DNA from: a virus
Length of the DNA: 64,000 nt
Strand: one strand, 5' to 3'
Virus record (IMG/VR): IMGVR_UViG_3300023109_000021
Span: 6,803-70,802 of that record
Shown here: piece by piece, positions 1-9,769 of the stretch
Numbering within the stretch: the first letter of the stretch is position 1
Layout: each line of letters starts with the position of its first letter
The notes under the pieces: model-generated
The model's input: only the letters and a program-made list of their open reading frames with translations
Databases searched by the model: none
What the model was told of the DNA's origin: nothing
Program-made: the position numbers and the translations under genes

Positions 1-186
1 GTATATTTCTAGGAGCCTGTGATATAATGTTTTCTATTTGCTCGTCTGTAACTGTTGTATTAGCCATAGCCTGTTTAAAGTCATCATCATCCTTAAAGTT
101 TTTTATATTAGTTGCTAATCTTTCTAAAAACCACTCTTTGATATATTTTGCAGCTCTTTTGTTTTCTTTTAAAATTTCAATTGTTT

Positions 187-738
187 TCATACTAATTCAG
201 TGTTTGTTATTAATTCAATGTTTAATGTTTCTTTTGCTATATCAAAACCATCCCATACTTCAAGATCTTTAGACCATTCAATGCCAATCTTATCTTCCCA
301 ATATTTAATCATATCTTCTGTTTTGTTAAAGATTCTATATTGCAAAGACACTTGATCTTTATGAAGGCCATTCTTTTTAATCTTTACTACTCTTGAGAAT
401 GATTCTTGAAATTCGTTTGATGTTTCAGAATATTTACCTTCTTTAACAAGATTAAAATCTTCTTTAAAGTTAGAATTTAGTTTATATACTATTACTACAT
501 ATCCATTTGGATAATCATAATCATCTATAACAGACTCTGTTCTATCATATTCATCATCTAGAAACTCTCTAAATTGCTCTATATCTTTAGGTAGAAATAA
601 AAGATATACAGAATCTGGGTATTGTATATCTCTATCTACATCACTAATATAGGCATTTACAAATCCATTATTTAATAATGAATCTTTTGGCACTTTTAGA
701 GTGGGTACCATAAATATGCTTGTTATTGTTTTTTTCAT
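187..738 (-). CDS. hypothetical phage protein
   Basis: 183-aa ORF whose start overlaps the stop of the upstream exonuclease; no motif recognised. Confidence 0.75.
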   Translation of the reverse strand: MKKTITSIFMVPTLKVPKDSLLNNGFVNAYISDVDRDIQYPDSVYLLFLPKDIEQFREFLDDEYDRTESVIDDYDYPNGYVVIVYKLNSNFKEDFNLVKEGKYSETSNEFQESFSRVVKIKKNGLHKDQVSLQYRIFNKTEDMIKYWEDKIGIEWSKDLEVWDGFDIAKETLNIELITNTELV

Positions 739-1577
739 TAGCGTTTATTAATTGTTTCAAGTTCATCTTGTGTGTATAGTTTTAATATACTGTAATTTAA
801 TCTAGCTTGTTCTTTAGCTATCTTACCATTACCACCGCTTGCTTTTAGATATCCTCTAAATATAGCTTTAGTAAATTGATAGTCTGTCATTCCCAGATGC
901 ATGTTATCTCTACACCACGCTTTACCAACCCTGTAAGCTCCAGGTATACCATCACCACTGTCACCTATTACCACTTGAGAAGCTATAGCTAGTCTACTTT
1001 CTTCCTTAGAGATCTGTTTAAACTCTCCTAGAGTGTCTCCATGGCTCCTATAATTATAAAATGGTACATCAGGACAGTTATATAGTACATCTTTATCTAT
1101 AGCTGCTACAACACAATTACCTTCGCTTAATAAATAAGCATCATACACGTAATCATCAGCCTCAGCTCCTATAGATGGTATAGCATTTAATTCTTCTAAC
1201 ATGTAAAGTGATATTATTGGTATAAGATCATTTTTTTGCTTTCTGTTAGACTTATAATCAGGGTAAAGTTTATATCTAAAGTTACCACGACCTCTTACAA
1301 ATATAAAAGTTTCTTGTATGTTATAAAACTCTTCTATGTTATTATGAATCTCTTCCAACTTAGTTCTAGTTCTATACTTAGCTTCTTCTATTCTTTCTTC
1401 TTCTGTTGGAAACTCCATCAGAGAGTCTTCAGGAAAGTGTGATGCAAAATACATAATACTATCAGCATCTATTATCAATACTCTTTCTGTGTTGTCATAC
1501 TTAAGAGGACAGTTCTTAACTTCTTTTACAACTATATCAACTTCTTGAATAGTTTCTGCTTTAACTCCCTTTATCAT
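738..1577 (-). CDS. 5'-3' exonuclease (T7 gp6 / FEN-like PIN fold)
   Basis: Motifs IIDADS, YKSNR, EADD, IDKD and GDSGDGIPG are typical of phage 5'-3' exonucleases. Confidence 0.88.
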   Translation of the reverse strand: MIKGVKAETIQEVDIVVKEVKNCPLKYDNTERVLIIDADSIMYFASHFPEDSLMEFPTEEERIEEAKYRTRTKLEEIHNNIEEFYNIQETFIFVRGRGNFRYKLYPDYKSNRKQKNDLIPIISLYMLEELNAIPSIGAEADDYVYDAYLLSEGNCVVAAIDKDVLYNCPDVPFYNYRSHGDTLGEFKQISKEESRLAIASQVVIGDSGDGIPGAYRVGKAWCRDNMHLGMTDYQFTKAIFRGYLKASGGNGKIAKEQARLNYSILKLYTQDELETINKR

Positions 1578-1813
1578 AACTTCCCTTTTGATTTAACGTA
1601 CTCAATTTCTCTCTGTAAATAATCTAAAGCTTTATGTAAATCCTTTAGCTCGTTCTCTTTCTTTCCTGCTCTAGCTATATATTTTAGAACATTACCCCTG
1701 TTGAACGAAAGAGAGTAATCGTTACACACGTCTATAATATCATACTCTTTTCCATTTTCATAATGTTCAGGCGTTTTAAAATACTTAATAGCATTATTCA
1801 TAAAATGTTTCAT
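1574..1813 (-). CDS. DUF3310-family protein (T7 gp1.7-like)
   Basis: Pattern PEHY...FNRGNVLKYIARAGKK...DLHKALDYL. Confidence 0.85.
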   Translation of the reverse strand: MKHFMNNAIKYFKTPEHYENGKEYDIIDVCNDYSLSFNRGNVLKYIARAGKKENELKDLHKALDYLQREIEYVKSKGKL

Positions 1814-2211
1814 TTTTTAAACTGTTTTAATTGTTTTTCTAATTGTGTTTTTTCATCATGACATGTTTTACAGAGCACCTGTAAGTTTTCCTGTTCACAA
1901 AATAAAGTATCTACGAAAGCTGGAAGATCATTTGAGCAATTTAAGCTACCTGCAGGCTCTATATGATCAACATTAACTTGATCACTTTTAAACCAGCTTT
2001 TACACTTATTACAATGGTATTCCCACTTCTGTCTTTTGTTCTTTCCTTTGTAAGCTCTTCTTGCTAATTTTTTACACTCAGCAATTGGTTTCCACCATCT
2101 ACTCTTTTGTCTTAATGCACTTCTAATCATAGACCAAAACATTGATTCTGTCATTGTTCCAGCATTTTTAGTGCGAGGTACTCTTGGTTTTTTTACTGCT
2201 CTTTTTGCCAT
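1810..2211 (-). CDS. HNH endonuclease
   Basis: CNKC...VDHIEP...NLQVLCKTCHDEKT; start moved to ATG 2211, which has an A-rich leader downstream of a promoter box. Confidence 0.88.
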   Translation of the reverse strand: MAKRAVKKPRVPRTKNAGTMTESMFWSMIRSALRQKSRWWKPIAECKKLARRAYKGKNKRQKWEYHCNKCKSWFKSDQVNVDHIEPAGSLNCSNDLPAFVDTLFCEQENLQVLCKTCHDEKTQLEKQLKQFKK

Positions 2212-2226
2212 AATTTTAAAATTAAA

Positions 2227-2261
2227 GGGATAACAAATATAATTCAAATAAATGTTATCCC
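2227..2261 (-). promoter_or_regulatory. Bacteroidota-type -7 box (TATATTTG, 2241-2234) overlapping a 9-bp hairpin
   Basis: GGGATAACA/TGTTATCCC inverted repeat between rIIB and the HNH gene; no clear -33 box. Confidence 0.55.
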
Positions 2262-2269
2262 CTAATTTA

Positions 2270-3793
2270 TTAATCTACCATACGAACTCTTGCAGTAATC
2301 TCAGCTTTCATCTCTTCAAGACTTCCAATAATATTACGTACATCTATAGAAGATATATTTGGTAAGCTAAACTCATATTTGTTAGATTCCTTTGCGAAAC
2401 CTTGTTTAACTTTGTCCTGTAGATCATCAAGCTCACGTACAGCATAGACTTCATCCAACTGAAGAGTGTCAAACTCATTGTCATGAAGAATACTTGTAGC
2501 TTCTTCTCTTGGTACAGTCATAATTGGAAGATACTCATAGCATCTACCTTTGTGTGTACCAATACCAACCACCTTCATAGGGTTGATAAGAACAAGAACA
2601 GACTGATCACCACATCCTACATAGTGTATCTGGTCAGAAGTAAAATGTAAACCAGCTGCAGCACAATCTTGTGTTGACCAGTTACATTCTTCTTGTGGCA
2701 TGTTCACCACTTTACCAATACGTATGTCAAATGTTTTAGTCCAATCATCTGTAAAACGATTCTCATGTCTGTTAGGTAGATCTAGGTATAAAGCTGTAAG
2801 TTTACCTATTTCTTCTCCATGGTCTACTTTCACAGAAGTTGTATACTCATAAGGTTCTACCTCACCTGTACCATCACATGTTTCACATTCTACCCACTGT
2901 TCTTCATTCCATTCATCTTCATCATCATAACAGTCACCATCATCATAGTAGCCACCTTCTCCATCACAATCTGAACACACTGTAGTAGTGTGTGTTTCTT
3001 CATTGTACAATCTATCTACATGTACAATCTTATATTCACCATCTTGTAAGAATACAGTATAATCATCTGGACTTTTCTTCCATACAGCTTTTACTTTGTT
3101 ATATGTATTAGATATAAAATGTACAAGCTCTGGAGATCCATGTAGTGTAACAACATTACGTAGCGCTACAAAGAATCCCTGCTTAGTTATACGAAAGCTG
3201 TTCTCTTTTAAGAATCTATACAGCTCATGTGCAACCTCAGCTCTTGGGTTAAGTGCACACCACATAAAGAAGCGCTTTAAAGATTGATATCCATCATAAT
3301 CATTTAATGGAATACCTAAAGCTTTAGCACGACTCACTTCATCAATTAGTTCTTCAACTAATAGCTGTGGTAGAGATCTAGATATACCTTTAAAGTATAC
3401 TGAATCTCCATCAATTACAAACTCACTACACTCTTCTAGGACAGTAAAGCCCTTTCTAAGAGCCTTTAGTCTTCTTTCTGATTCATCTCTCTCTGCAACT
3501 TCAGAAACTACATTAGGATCACTAACGATTGTATAGAGGTGTCCAATGGTAACAGCTGACTCTGCAGCATGATAATCATCTTCAGTAGCATTTACCTTAG
3601 ATATTATAGAATTATCATGTAGCACAATAGTAAGCACATCATTTACTAACTTTATAGTCTTGTAGGGATTTTCTTGAGGAGAACTATCGTTGTCTACCTC
3701 TTCAACTAATTTATCAAGTTTTTTCTCGATAACCTTTTCAATTGAGTGGTCCACTTTATTTTTGAACCACTCTAAACTTAGAAATTTACTCAT
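2270..3793 (-). CDS. rIIB: RIIB-like protein with inserted CxxCxGxG zinc finger
   Basis: Follows rIIA; LNP...ELYRFL, ITKQGFFVALR, CAAAGLHF and KGRCYEY match RIIB. Confidence 0.82.
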   Translation of the reverse strand: MSKFLSLEWFKNKVDHSIEKVIEKKLDKLVEEVDNDSSPQENPYKTIKLVNDVLTIVLHDNSIISKVNATEDDYHAAESAVTIGHLYTIVSDPNVVSEVAERDESERRLKALRKGFTVLEECSEFVIDGDSVYFKGISRSLPQLLVEELIDEVSRAKALGIPLNDYDGYQSLKRFFMWCALNPRAEVAHELYRFLKENSFRITKQGFFVALRNVVTLHGSPELVHFISNTYNKVKAVWKKSPDDYTVFLQDGEYKIVHVDRLYNEETHTTTVCSDCDGEGGYYDDGDCYDDEDEWNEEQWVECETCDGTGEVEPYEYTTSVKVDHGEEIGKLTALYLDLPNRHENRFTDDWTKTFDIRIGKVVNMPQEECNWSTQDCAAAGLHFTSDQIHYVGCGDQSVLVLINPMKVVGIGTHKGRCYEYLPIMTVPREEATSILHDNEFDTLQLDEVYAVRELDDLQDKVKQGFAKESNKYEFSLPNISSIDVRNIIGSLEEMKAEITARVRMVD

Positions 3794-3812
3794 TTTTAAT
3801 TGTATTTAATTG

Positions 3813-6128
3813 TTAATTATTCTCTTGTTCTTGTTCTTGTTTATGTTTAAGAAACTGATAATGATTGTTTATAGCAACACCATTGCATTTAAAAAGCTGA
3901 GCTAAACAGTCTAAAAGACCGTTTTGTCTGTGACTTTCACCAGTTCTTAAACTAGATGCAATAGTATTTACATAAGCATGCTCTTTTAGGAAAGCTTCTA
4001 ATTCTTGTATCAAATCATATATCTCAGCGTTAAATAGATTATCATCTTTAGCAAGTTCAAGTAATTTCTCTCCATGTTTAAAAGATTGATATCTACCACC
4101 TCCAATATACGTTTTCTGATATTCAGATATTTTCTTAAATTTATCTGATAATTTAGACTTAACTCTATCAATTAGATAACTTTTCTCAAATAGATCAACA
4201 TTATAGTCCTTGTTTATAAACTTCCAGCAAAGTAATGCAGTCATATATTTAATAAACATATCATCACCCTTTATAAAGTCATCATAAGAAACTAAATTAT
4301 CAATTTTAGGAGACTTCTCTAATGCTTCTAACTCCCTCGTTGAAAACGTAATATACTTTATACTCATGCGCTTAGTTTCTTCATACAAATTATCAAGCAG
4401 CATGTAATCATCATGATTAGTGTATACGTAAGTACAACTTCCCCCTTCTACAGACTCAATATTGATTCTATGTGATACAAATTTACAGTTCCTGCCATCG
4501 CTATATCTGAGAAGCTCTTCACCTATTTTACAATTGAAGTCTCCTGCAACCTTTTCACCTTTAGCAGCTTTAGTAGCTCGCATCTTAGATACAGTGTTAG
4601 CTTTTCTATCATCTATCCAGTGTTGAGGTACTATAATAGCATCAGCATCTCTAAGAGATTTTAAAAGTAATGACTCTACATACTGAAAGTCTTTAATTAC
4701 ACCTCTCCACTGAGATTTAGGGTAATTAATTAACTTTAGAATCTCATAGTAACTATCTTTACCAGTGATACTTTTTAGAGGATAAGACTTTGACTTGCGA
4801 ATAAATGTAACTCTTCTAGAATTACTATTATTATTTTTAGCCTTTTCAGTAATTATATCTTCACAAAGCTCTCTAAGATACGCCTTTTTATGACCTCTCA
4901 TTGAATCTTGCATCTTGAATGTATATTTTTCCATATCATTCCAGTTTACATTTCTTCCCCAATGGCTTTCTTTTATCTGATACATTCTAGTATTTTCATA
5001 CCTATAGTTAGCTTTGTATTCTCCCAAAAGATAACTAAACTCATGTCTACTAAACGTAGAGATGTCCCAGTTGTCTACTCCTTCAAGTTTTGGTTTGGCA
5101 AAAGGAATTGTTATGTAGTTCTTTAAACCTTCCAAATCAAACTTTTTTCCAAACAGATCTATTTCTCTCTTAGAGTTGTAGTAGTAATTTAGAAAACTCA
5201 TAACATCATCACTATCTGTAACATTTTCATTATACTTTTGTACATAATAGTCAGAAAACTCAGATAATTTACTAAGAATCTTTGACTTTGTTTCCTTTGT
5301 GTAAATCAAAGATTCCCTGTTTGGAGTTGGAAACAAACCATCTGTCAGTTTAAATCTTAAACCCAGTGGCAAATATATAGTGTCTATACCTAGTTTGTCA
5401 AAATCAATAGGGTAATAAACATTATCAAGACAAATGTGTAACTTATCATCATCAGCTATTTCAGAGAATTGAAATAGTTTAGATCTATGAATAGTAAAGT
5501 TGTTATCAACATCATCTACATTAAAGTATACATCCTCAAAGTATGCAAGCTGTTGCTTTATCTTTTTCAGAAAATCATACTTATCACCCCATTTTATAGG
5601 TACAATAACTTTTACACCATTACACTCTGTTGTAGGAGTTTCGTTAATTAAATCAATAGTGTTAGTTTCTTCACCTTCGTACATCATATACTTACGTTCC
5701 ATACCATCTTTTCTACATGTAAAATAGAAACTACTAGCATATGCTAAAGGAGCTTTGAAACCAAGACCCATCATACCAAGCTCTGTATCACTATCACGTT
5801 TAGTAGACTTACCATACTTACTGATAATGTTTTCTACATCGTGGTGATCTAGACCTGTACCAAAATCCTCAACAGAGAATTCCCAGTTATTAGAATTATT
5901 CTGTACCAGTGACACAACTATAGGTTTATCAACTCCAGCTCGTCTGTGGCTATCAAGTGCATTACTTGCACATTCTCTAATAGTTGAACCTATTGCATCT
6001 GAATAAAGGTTCTTACTTAACATCTGCATTAATACTTGTGCAGAATCCATGTCTAGTGACATACCTATACTCTCATTTTTCTGTCCTGAGTATAGAACAT
6101 GTGCCTGTTTTTGTTTTTCTAATCGCAT
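3813..6128 (-). CDS. rIIA: RIIA-like protein, N-terminal GHKL/HATPase
   Basis: NLYSD, IRECASNALDSH, VEDFGTGL, STKRDS, GMMGLGFK and PNRESL. Confidence 0.88.
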   Translation of the reverse strand: MRLEKQKQAHVLYSGQKNESIGMSLDMDSAQVLMQMLSKNLYSDAIGSTIRECASNALDSHRRAGVDKPIVVSLVQNNSNNWEFSVEDFGTGLDHHDVENIISKYGKSTKRDSDTELGMMGLGFKAPLAYASSFYFTCRKDGMERKYMMYEGEETNTIDLINETPTTECNGVKVIVPIKWGDKYDFLKKIKQQLAYFEDVYFNVDDVDNNFTIHRSKLFQFSEIADDDKLHICLDNVYYPIDFDKLGIDTIYLPLGLRFKLTDGLFPTPNRESLIYTKETKSKILSKLSEFSDYYVQKYNENVTDSDDVMSFLNYYYNSKREIDLFGKKFDLEGLKNYITIPFAKPKLEGVDNWDISTFSRHEFSYLLGEYKANYRYENTRMYQIKESHWGRNVNWNDMEKYTFKMQDSMRGHKKAYLRELCEDIITEKAKNNNSNSRRVTFIRKSKSYPLKSITGKDSYYEILKLINYPKSQWRGVIKDFQYVESLLLKSLRDADAIIVPQHWIDDRKANTVSKMRATKAAKGEKVAGDFNCKIGEELLRYSDGRNCKFVSHRINIESVEGGSCTYVYTNHDDYMLLDNLYEETKRMSIKYITFSTRELEALEKSPKIDNLVSYDDFIKGDDMFIKYMTALLCWKFINKDYNVDLFEKSYLIDRVKSKLSDKFKKISEYQKTYIGGGRYQSFKHGEKLLELAKDDNLFNAEIYDLIQELEAFLKEHAYVNTIASSLRTGESHRQNGLLDCLAQLFKCNGVAINNHYQFLKHKQEQEQENN

Positions 6129-6143
6129 TTTACTATTTATTTA

Positions 6144-6428
6144 TTAATTATTATCTCCTCGTTTTACTAACCAGATTGATTTATAACAAAAATCAAATCT
6201 TACGTTTTGTTTATTATCTGCAAACCTTTGTCCAAATTTGCTGTTGATTCTATTACATACAGCTGATGTAAATGCCATATAGGGTGCTCCTTGAAAATCT
6301 TTGTATTGTTTCTGTTTTGGTGGTCTTACAATTTGCATGTAGTTGAGGTCTATACCTCGTACAATTACTTCATCTCCTACTTGGAGATCTTCCATTTCAA
6401 TGGCTCTGTTTACATTATTATTCATCAT
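6144..6428 (-). CDS. hypothetical protein
   Basis: Tightly packed co-directional ORF; LQVGDEV start resembles LQPGDEI of its neighbour. Confidence 0.7.
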   Translation of the reverse strand: MMNNNVNRAIEMEDLQVGDEVIVRGIDLNYMQIVRPPKQKQYKDFQGAPYMAFTSAVCNRINSKFGQRFADNKQNVRFDFCYKSIWLVKRGDNN

Positions 6429-6759
6429 AATTAAATCTATTAGTTATATATACTTGTTTCCAGTTTAAATCCACTTTTACTATTGGATCATTTTCATTAG
6501 GTATTCTAAACTCATAAGTTTTATAAGTGTTACTCCAAGGTTGCTTAGTGTAATGATTAATACCTGTAGTTGTCTTCATAGTTATAGCAGCTCTACACTT
6601 TACAGCTATGTATCGTGTTTTACCATTGTGCCATGTTTTTAACTTACTAACTCTTGGAACTTCTTCCACTATATAACATCTCATCTCTGAGCCTTGGTTA
6701 GTAATGATTTCGTCTCCTGGTTGTAATTTACCAGTATCTTCTGTTAATATTCCGTTCAT
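6418..6759 (-). CDS. hypothetical protein
   Basis: Tightly packed co-directional ORF with A-rich leader. Confidence 0.7.
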   Translation of the reverse strand: MNGILTEDTGKLQPGDEIITNQGSEMRCYIVEEVPRVSKLKTWHNGKTRYIAVKCRAAITMKTTTGINHYTKQPWSNTYKTYEFRIPNENDPIVKVDLNWKQVYITNRFNYDE

Positions 6760-6771
6760 TTTCTTGTTTTT

Positions 6772-7494
6772 TTAAAATGGATCTTCACAATCTTTTAGCC
6801 AATTGATGCTATATCCGTTGTTTTCATAAATTAATGTATCTGCTTTTGTAAACACTCCTTCACTATCCCAGTCTACTCCTTTGTAAGAAGCGCTAGCTGG
6901 GTGGCTTACTGTAAAGACGTGTGAAAATATTCCTGCATATCTCTTATACCTACTTGCATCTTTACCAAGAAATACATATGGCACACCTAGAGGATTAAGA
7001 ACTTCTTCAAACAAATATTTTGTAAAAGGTTCCCAAGTCTGTATGTGACTACCAGCTTTGTTCTTTTCTGTGGTCAGTGCTACGTTTAGCATGAGTATCC
7101 CCTGTTTTGCTAAATAAGCTACATCAGGTGATGGGTCGTAAACTAAATTAAGGCCTCTGTGAAACTCAGTTTCTAGTGCCTTATAAAAATTGTCTAGAGA
7201 TGGTTGTATATACCCTGTCACAGAGCAACCCATAAGCAGACCATCTGCTACAGGTAACCCATTCTTAAACGTGTGGTATGGACACATCCCTACAATTACT
7301 GCTTTCACTTCATCTAGTGGTGTTTCTTTAAAACATCTATAGACTTGAGATGACAAAGGAGCAATCTGTTTGCCCCTTTTACTCTCTTTCTTTAAGAATG
7401 CATATATATCATCGCACTCATTGCTTTCTATAAAAGTTTTCATCTTTCCATGCCACGATGGATGAAAGTGAGCTTTAAAATTATCCCATTTCAT
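6772..7494 (-). CDS. ung: family 1 uracil-DNA glycosylase homologue with altered active site
   Basis: F..TPLDEVKAVIVG, PSLDN, LAKQGILMLN.ALT, GSH...WEPFT and HPAS; motif A reads GMCPYH instead of GQDPYH. Confidence 0.88.
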   Translation of the reverse strand: MKWDNFKAHFHPSWHGKMKTFIESNECDDIYAFLKKESKRGKQIAPLSSQVYRCFKETPLDEVKAVIVGMCPYHTFKNGLPVADGLLMGCSVTGYIQPSLDNFYKALETEFHRGLNLVYDPSPDVAYLAKQGILMLNVALTTEKNKAGSHIQTWEPFTKYLFEEVLNPLGVPYVFLGKDASRYKRYAGIFSHVFTVSHPASASYKGVDWDSEGVFTKADTLIYENNGYSINWLKDCEDPF

Positions 7495-7495
7495 A

Positions 7496-7879
7496 TTAAT
7501 AGTTTTTATAAGATTTCTCTTCAGTTAAATTAGAATTAGTTAATTGATTAATTTGCTTTTTAATTAGAGCTCGTTTGTCATTAGTAACATAAACAGATCT
7601 TGCTAAGTCTATAAACTTTTGACTAAAGTCTTTATCTCTTTCACAATCACGAATGTCATCTTCTATATCCCATAATAAGGAATTTACTTTGACAAGTTCA
7701 TCATAGAGTTGTTGAAGTGGTGATTGATGAAGATCTAACAACACTAAAATATAAGGATAAAGTGTTTCATGTTCATTTTTAACATTAACAAGTTTATCTT
7801 CATTATCTATTTTTAAAAGTTTGATATCTAAAATCGACAATTTGTCTACTATCTCACCGTTTGATACTTCTATTTTCAT
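7496..7879 (-). CDS. DUF6165-like protein
   Basis: VSNGEIVDKLSILDIK...LWDIED.IR...FIDLARSVY.TNDKR; start placed at the ATGA overlap with the epimerase stop. Confidence 0.75.
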   Translation of the reverse strand: MKIEVSNGEIVDKLSILDIKLLKIDNEDKLVNVKNEHETLYPYILVLLDLHQSPLQQLYDELVKVNSLLWDIEDDIRDCERDKDFSQKFIDLARSVYVTNDKRALIKKQINQLTNSNLTEEKSYKNY

Positions 7880-8754
7880 TTTATTGATTTTATCCAATTG
7901 ATTAAACTTACTTGTGGTGTCCAACCCAAGTCTTTCTTTATTTTACTTATGTTGCTTAAAGATCTCTTAGCTTCTTTTCTAGCAGGTATAAATTTTATAT
8001 TATTACTAAATGCTTTAGCAATATCTATGATCTTTACTTCCTGACCAGAACCAACGTTCCAAGTTCCTTTAGTTCCTATTGCAGCTATTATAGCATCAAC
8101 TACATCTTTAACATATACAAAGTCTCTAGTCTGTTGACCATCTCCTGTTACTGTTAGCTCAAGATTATTCTTAAATTGATTCAGAAAGATAGGTACAGCT
8201 GATAGGTATCCACCTTCATTGAGCTGTCTCTCTCCAAAAACATTAAAGAATCTTAATACTGCTACAGAAACATGATCTGGTACTGCTTTACAGAGTGCTT
8301 CCATCATATACTTAGATGTTGCATATGGGTTCAATGGGTCTAAATCACTATTTTCTGATAGAGGAAAGCTTCTTGAATTACCATACACAGCAGCTGTAGA
8401 AGCTACAACTATCTTTTTACAACCACACTGTTTAATAGCCCATTCAAATAAAAGAGCTGAACCATCAACAATTTGATCATGGTACTTCTGTTTATTATTT
8501 AAACTTTCTTCTACAGACACAGGCGCTGCTAAATGAATAAGTGTATCAAACTGCATATCAGGTAAATGTCCCCACATAGTGTTACCTACCTCGTAGATTA
8601 TCACTAAAGGTTGAGGTTTTAATGGAAATAAGTTCTTAAGCTTCCCAGTGCTAAAGTTATCAAGGATTACTATCTCTTCCCCTAGCTTCTGTAGTTGTTC
8701 ACATAAATGACTTCCAATAAAACCTGCTCCTCCTGTTATTAATACCCTACTCAT
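7876..8754 (-). CDS. NAD-dependent nucleotide-sugar epimerase/dehydratase (extended SDR, GalE-like)
   Basis: TGGAGFIGSH, HLAA, ASTAAVYG, YATSK (YxxxK), RFFNVFG and GDGQQTRDFVYV. Confidence 0.93.
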   Translation of the reverse strand: MSRVLITGGAGFIGSHLCEQLQKLGEEIVILDNFSTGKLKNLFPLKPQPLVIIYEVGNTMWGHLPDMQFDTLIHLAAPVSVEESLNNKQKYHDQIVDGSALLFEWAIKQCGCKKIVVASTAAVYGNSRSFPLSENSDLDPLNPYATSKYMMEALCKAVPDHVSVAVLRFFNVFGERQLNEGGYLSAVPIFLNQFKNNLELTVTGDGQQTRDFVYVKDVVDAIIAAIGTKGTWNVGSGQEVKIIDIAKAFSNNIKFIPARKEAKRSLSNISKIKKDLGWTPQVSLINWIKSIK

Positions 8755-8978
8755 TAGTTAATACAAAGGGCATTAGCTTCATCATCTACTGTCAAAATTG
8801 GTTTAACTTCTAAATAAGCATTATCAAACCCATCTGCTACTACAATAGTAGGTGAGTAATACACCTTTTGATAAGTATTTCCCTCAGAGTCTGAAGAGTA
8901 TATCACTTCATAGTCTTCTATCTCTGGGTTTCTTTTTACGATCTCTATTAGAGTATTTATATATTTCTTGACTTTCAT
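8754..8978 (-). CDS. hypothetical protein
   Basis: Coupled small ORF with an SSDSEGN motif seen in small phage proteins. Confidence 0.7.
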   Translation of the reverse strand: MKVKKYINTLIEIVKRNPEIEDYEVIYSSDSEGNTYQKVYYSPTIVVADGFDNAYLEVKPILTVDDEANALCIN

Positions 8979-8980
8979 AA

Positions 8981-9769
8981 TTAAAACATTTCTAATTGGT
9001 TATCTGTATATCCTAAAATCTCATGCATAGCTAAAGGTTCATCTTTAATGGGTGTACCTTCTATTCCTAGAAAGAAATCATGAATGTTTACATGATCTTG
9101 CATCCATCTTTGTGGATGAGCATCTTTCATTGCAAATGTAACATGATTGTAAAGTTCCCACATACTTCCTTGAGCCCCATAATCATGAGTTGGCTTTCTA
9201 AGCTCTCTTTTAATTGTAGATAGTTGTGTAGCACTAACTATACTTTCTTGAACAAACAATCTACCTAACAACTCTGCTTGAGTTTGTTCTGTAGCTTCAT
9301 ATGTTTTTAACTTATCACGATCTAACTGTAAGTTTCTGAATGTATCTCCACCACCTTTTATATATTCTGATATAGCTGAGGGTGTAAATGTCTGTATATC
9401 TCCTTGATGCTTCTTTCTAAATGCACCGTGATCACCTTTCACCATACCATTAGAACAAATAATAATAGTTGTACCAAGTGCAAACTTAAGTGCTAAACTC
9501 CTATCATAACTGTTCTGCCATCCAATTTGTAATTTCATTTCAGAATCAGCAACGTTGGATATTGTGTAACGGCCATTTGCTATTTCTCCATCCTTTGCAG
9601 TAGAGTAACTTTGACTCTCTAGCGTATAACCTGATTGGTATATGCTCTCAAGAGTTAAATCTATTAACTGTTGATGACTTACAGGTTTGTAAGTTTTTGT
9701 CTGTTTTGGCACTGGTGCTGTTAACATTATGTCTCTTGCTGTACTGCTGTTTTTAGTTCTTGCTTTCAT
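8981..9769 (-). CDS. DUF932/DUF945-like protein
   Basis: Y.PVSH, NSYD.S, ICSNGM, KH, and WELYN.VT. Confidence 0.75.
   Translation of the reverse strand: MKARTKNSSTARDIMLTAPVPKQTKTYKPVSHQQLIDLTLESIYQSGYTLESQSYSTAKDGEIANGRYTISNVADSEMKLQIGWQNSYDRSLALKFALGTTIIICSNGMVKGDHGAFRKKHQGDIQTFTPSAISEYIKGGGDTFRNLQLDRDKLKTYEATEQTQAELLGRLFVQESIVSATQLSTIKRELRKPTHDYGAQGSMWELYNHVTFAMKDAHPQRWMQDHVNIHDFFLGIEGTPIKDEPLAMHEILGYTDNQLEMF

Noticed and set aside
1810-2211. HNH gene as a mobile homing endonuclease
   Set aside because: There is no interrupted host gene or intron context; it looks like a resident gene of the nuclease cluster, though mobility cannot be excluded.
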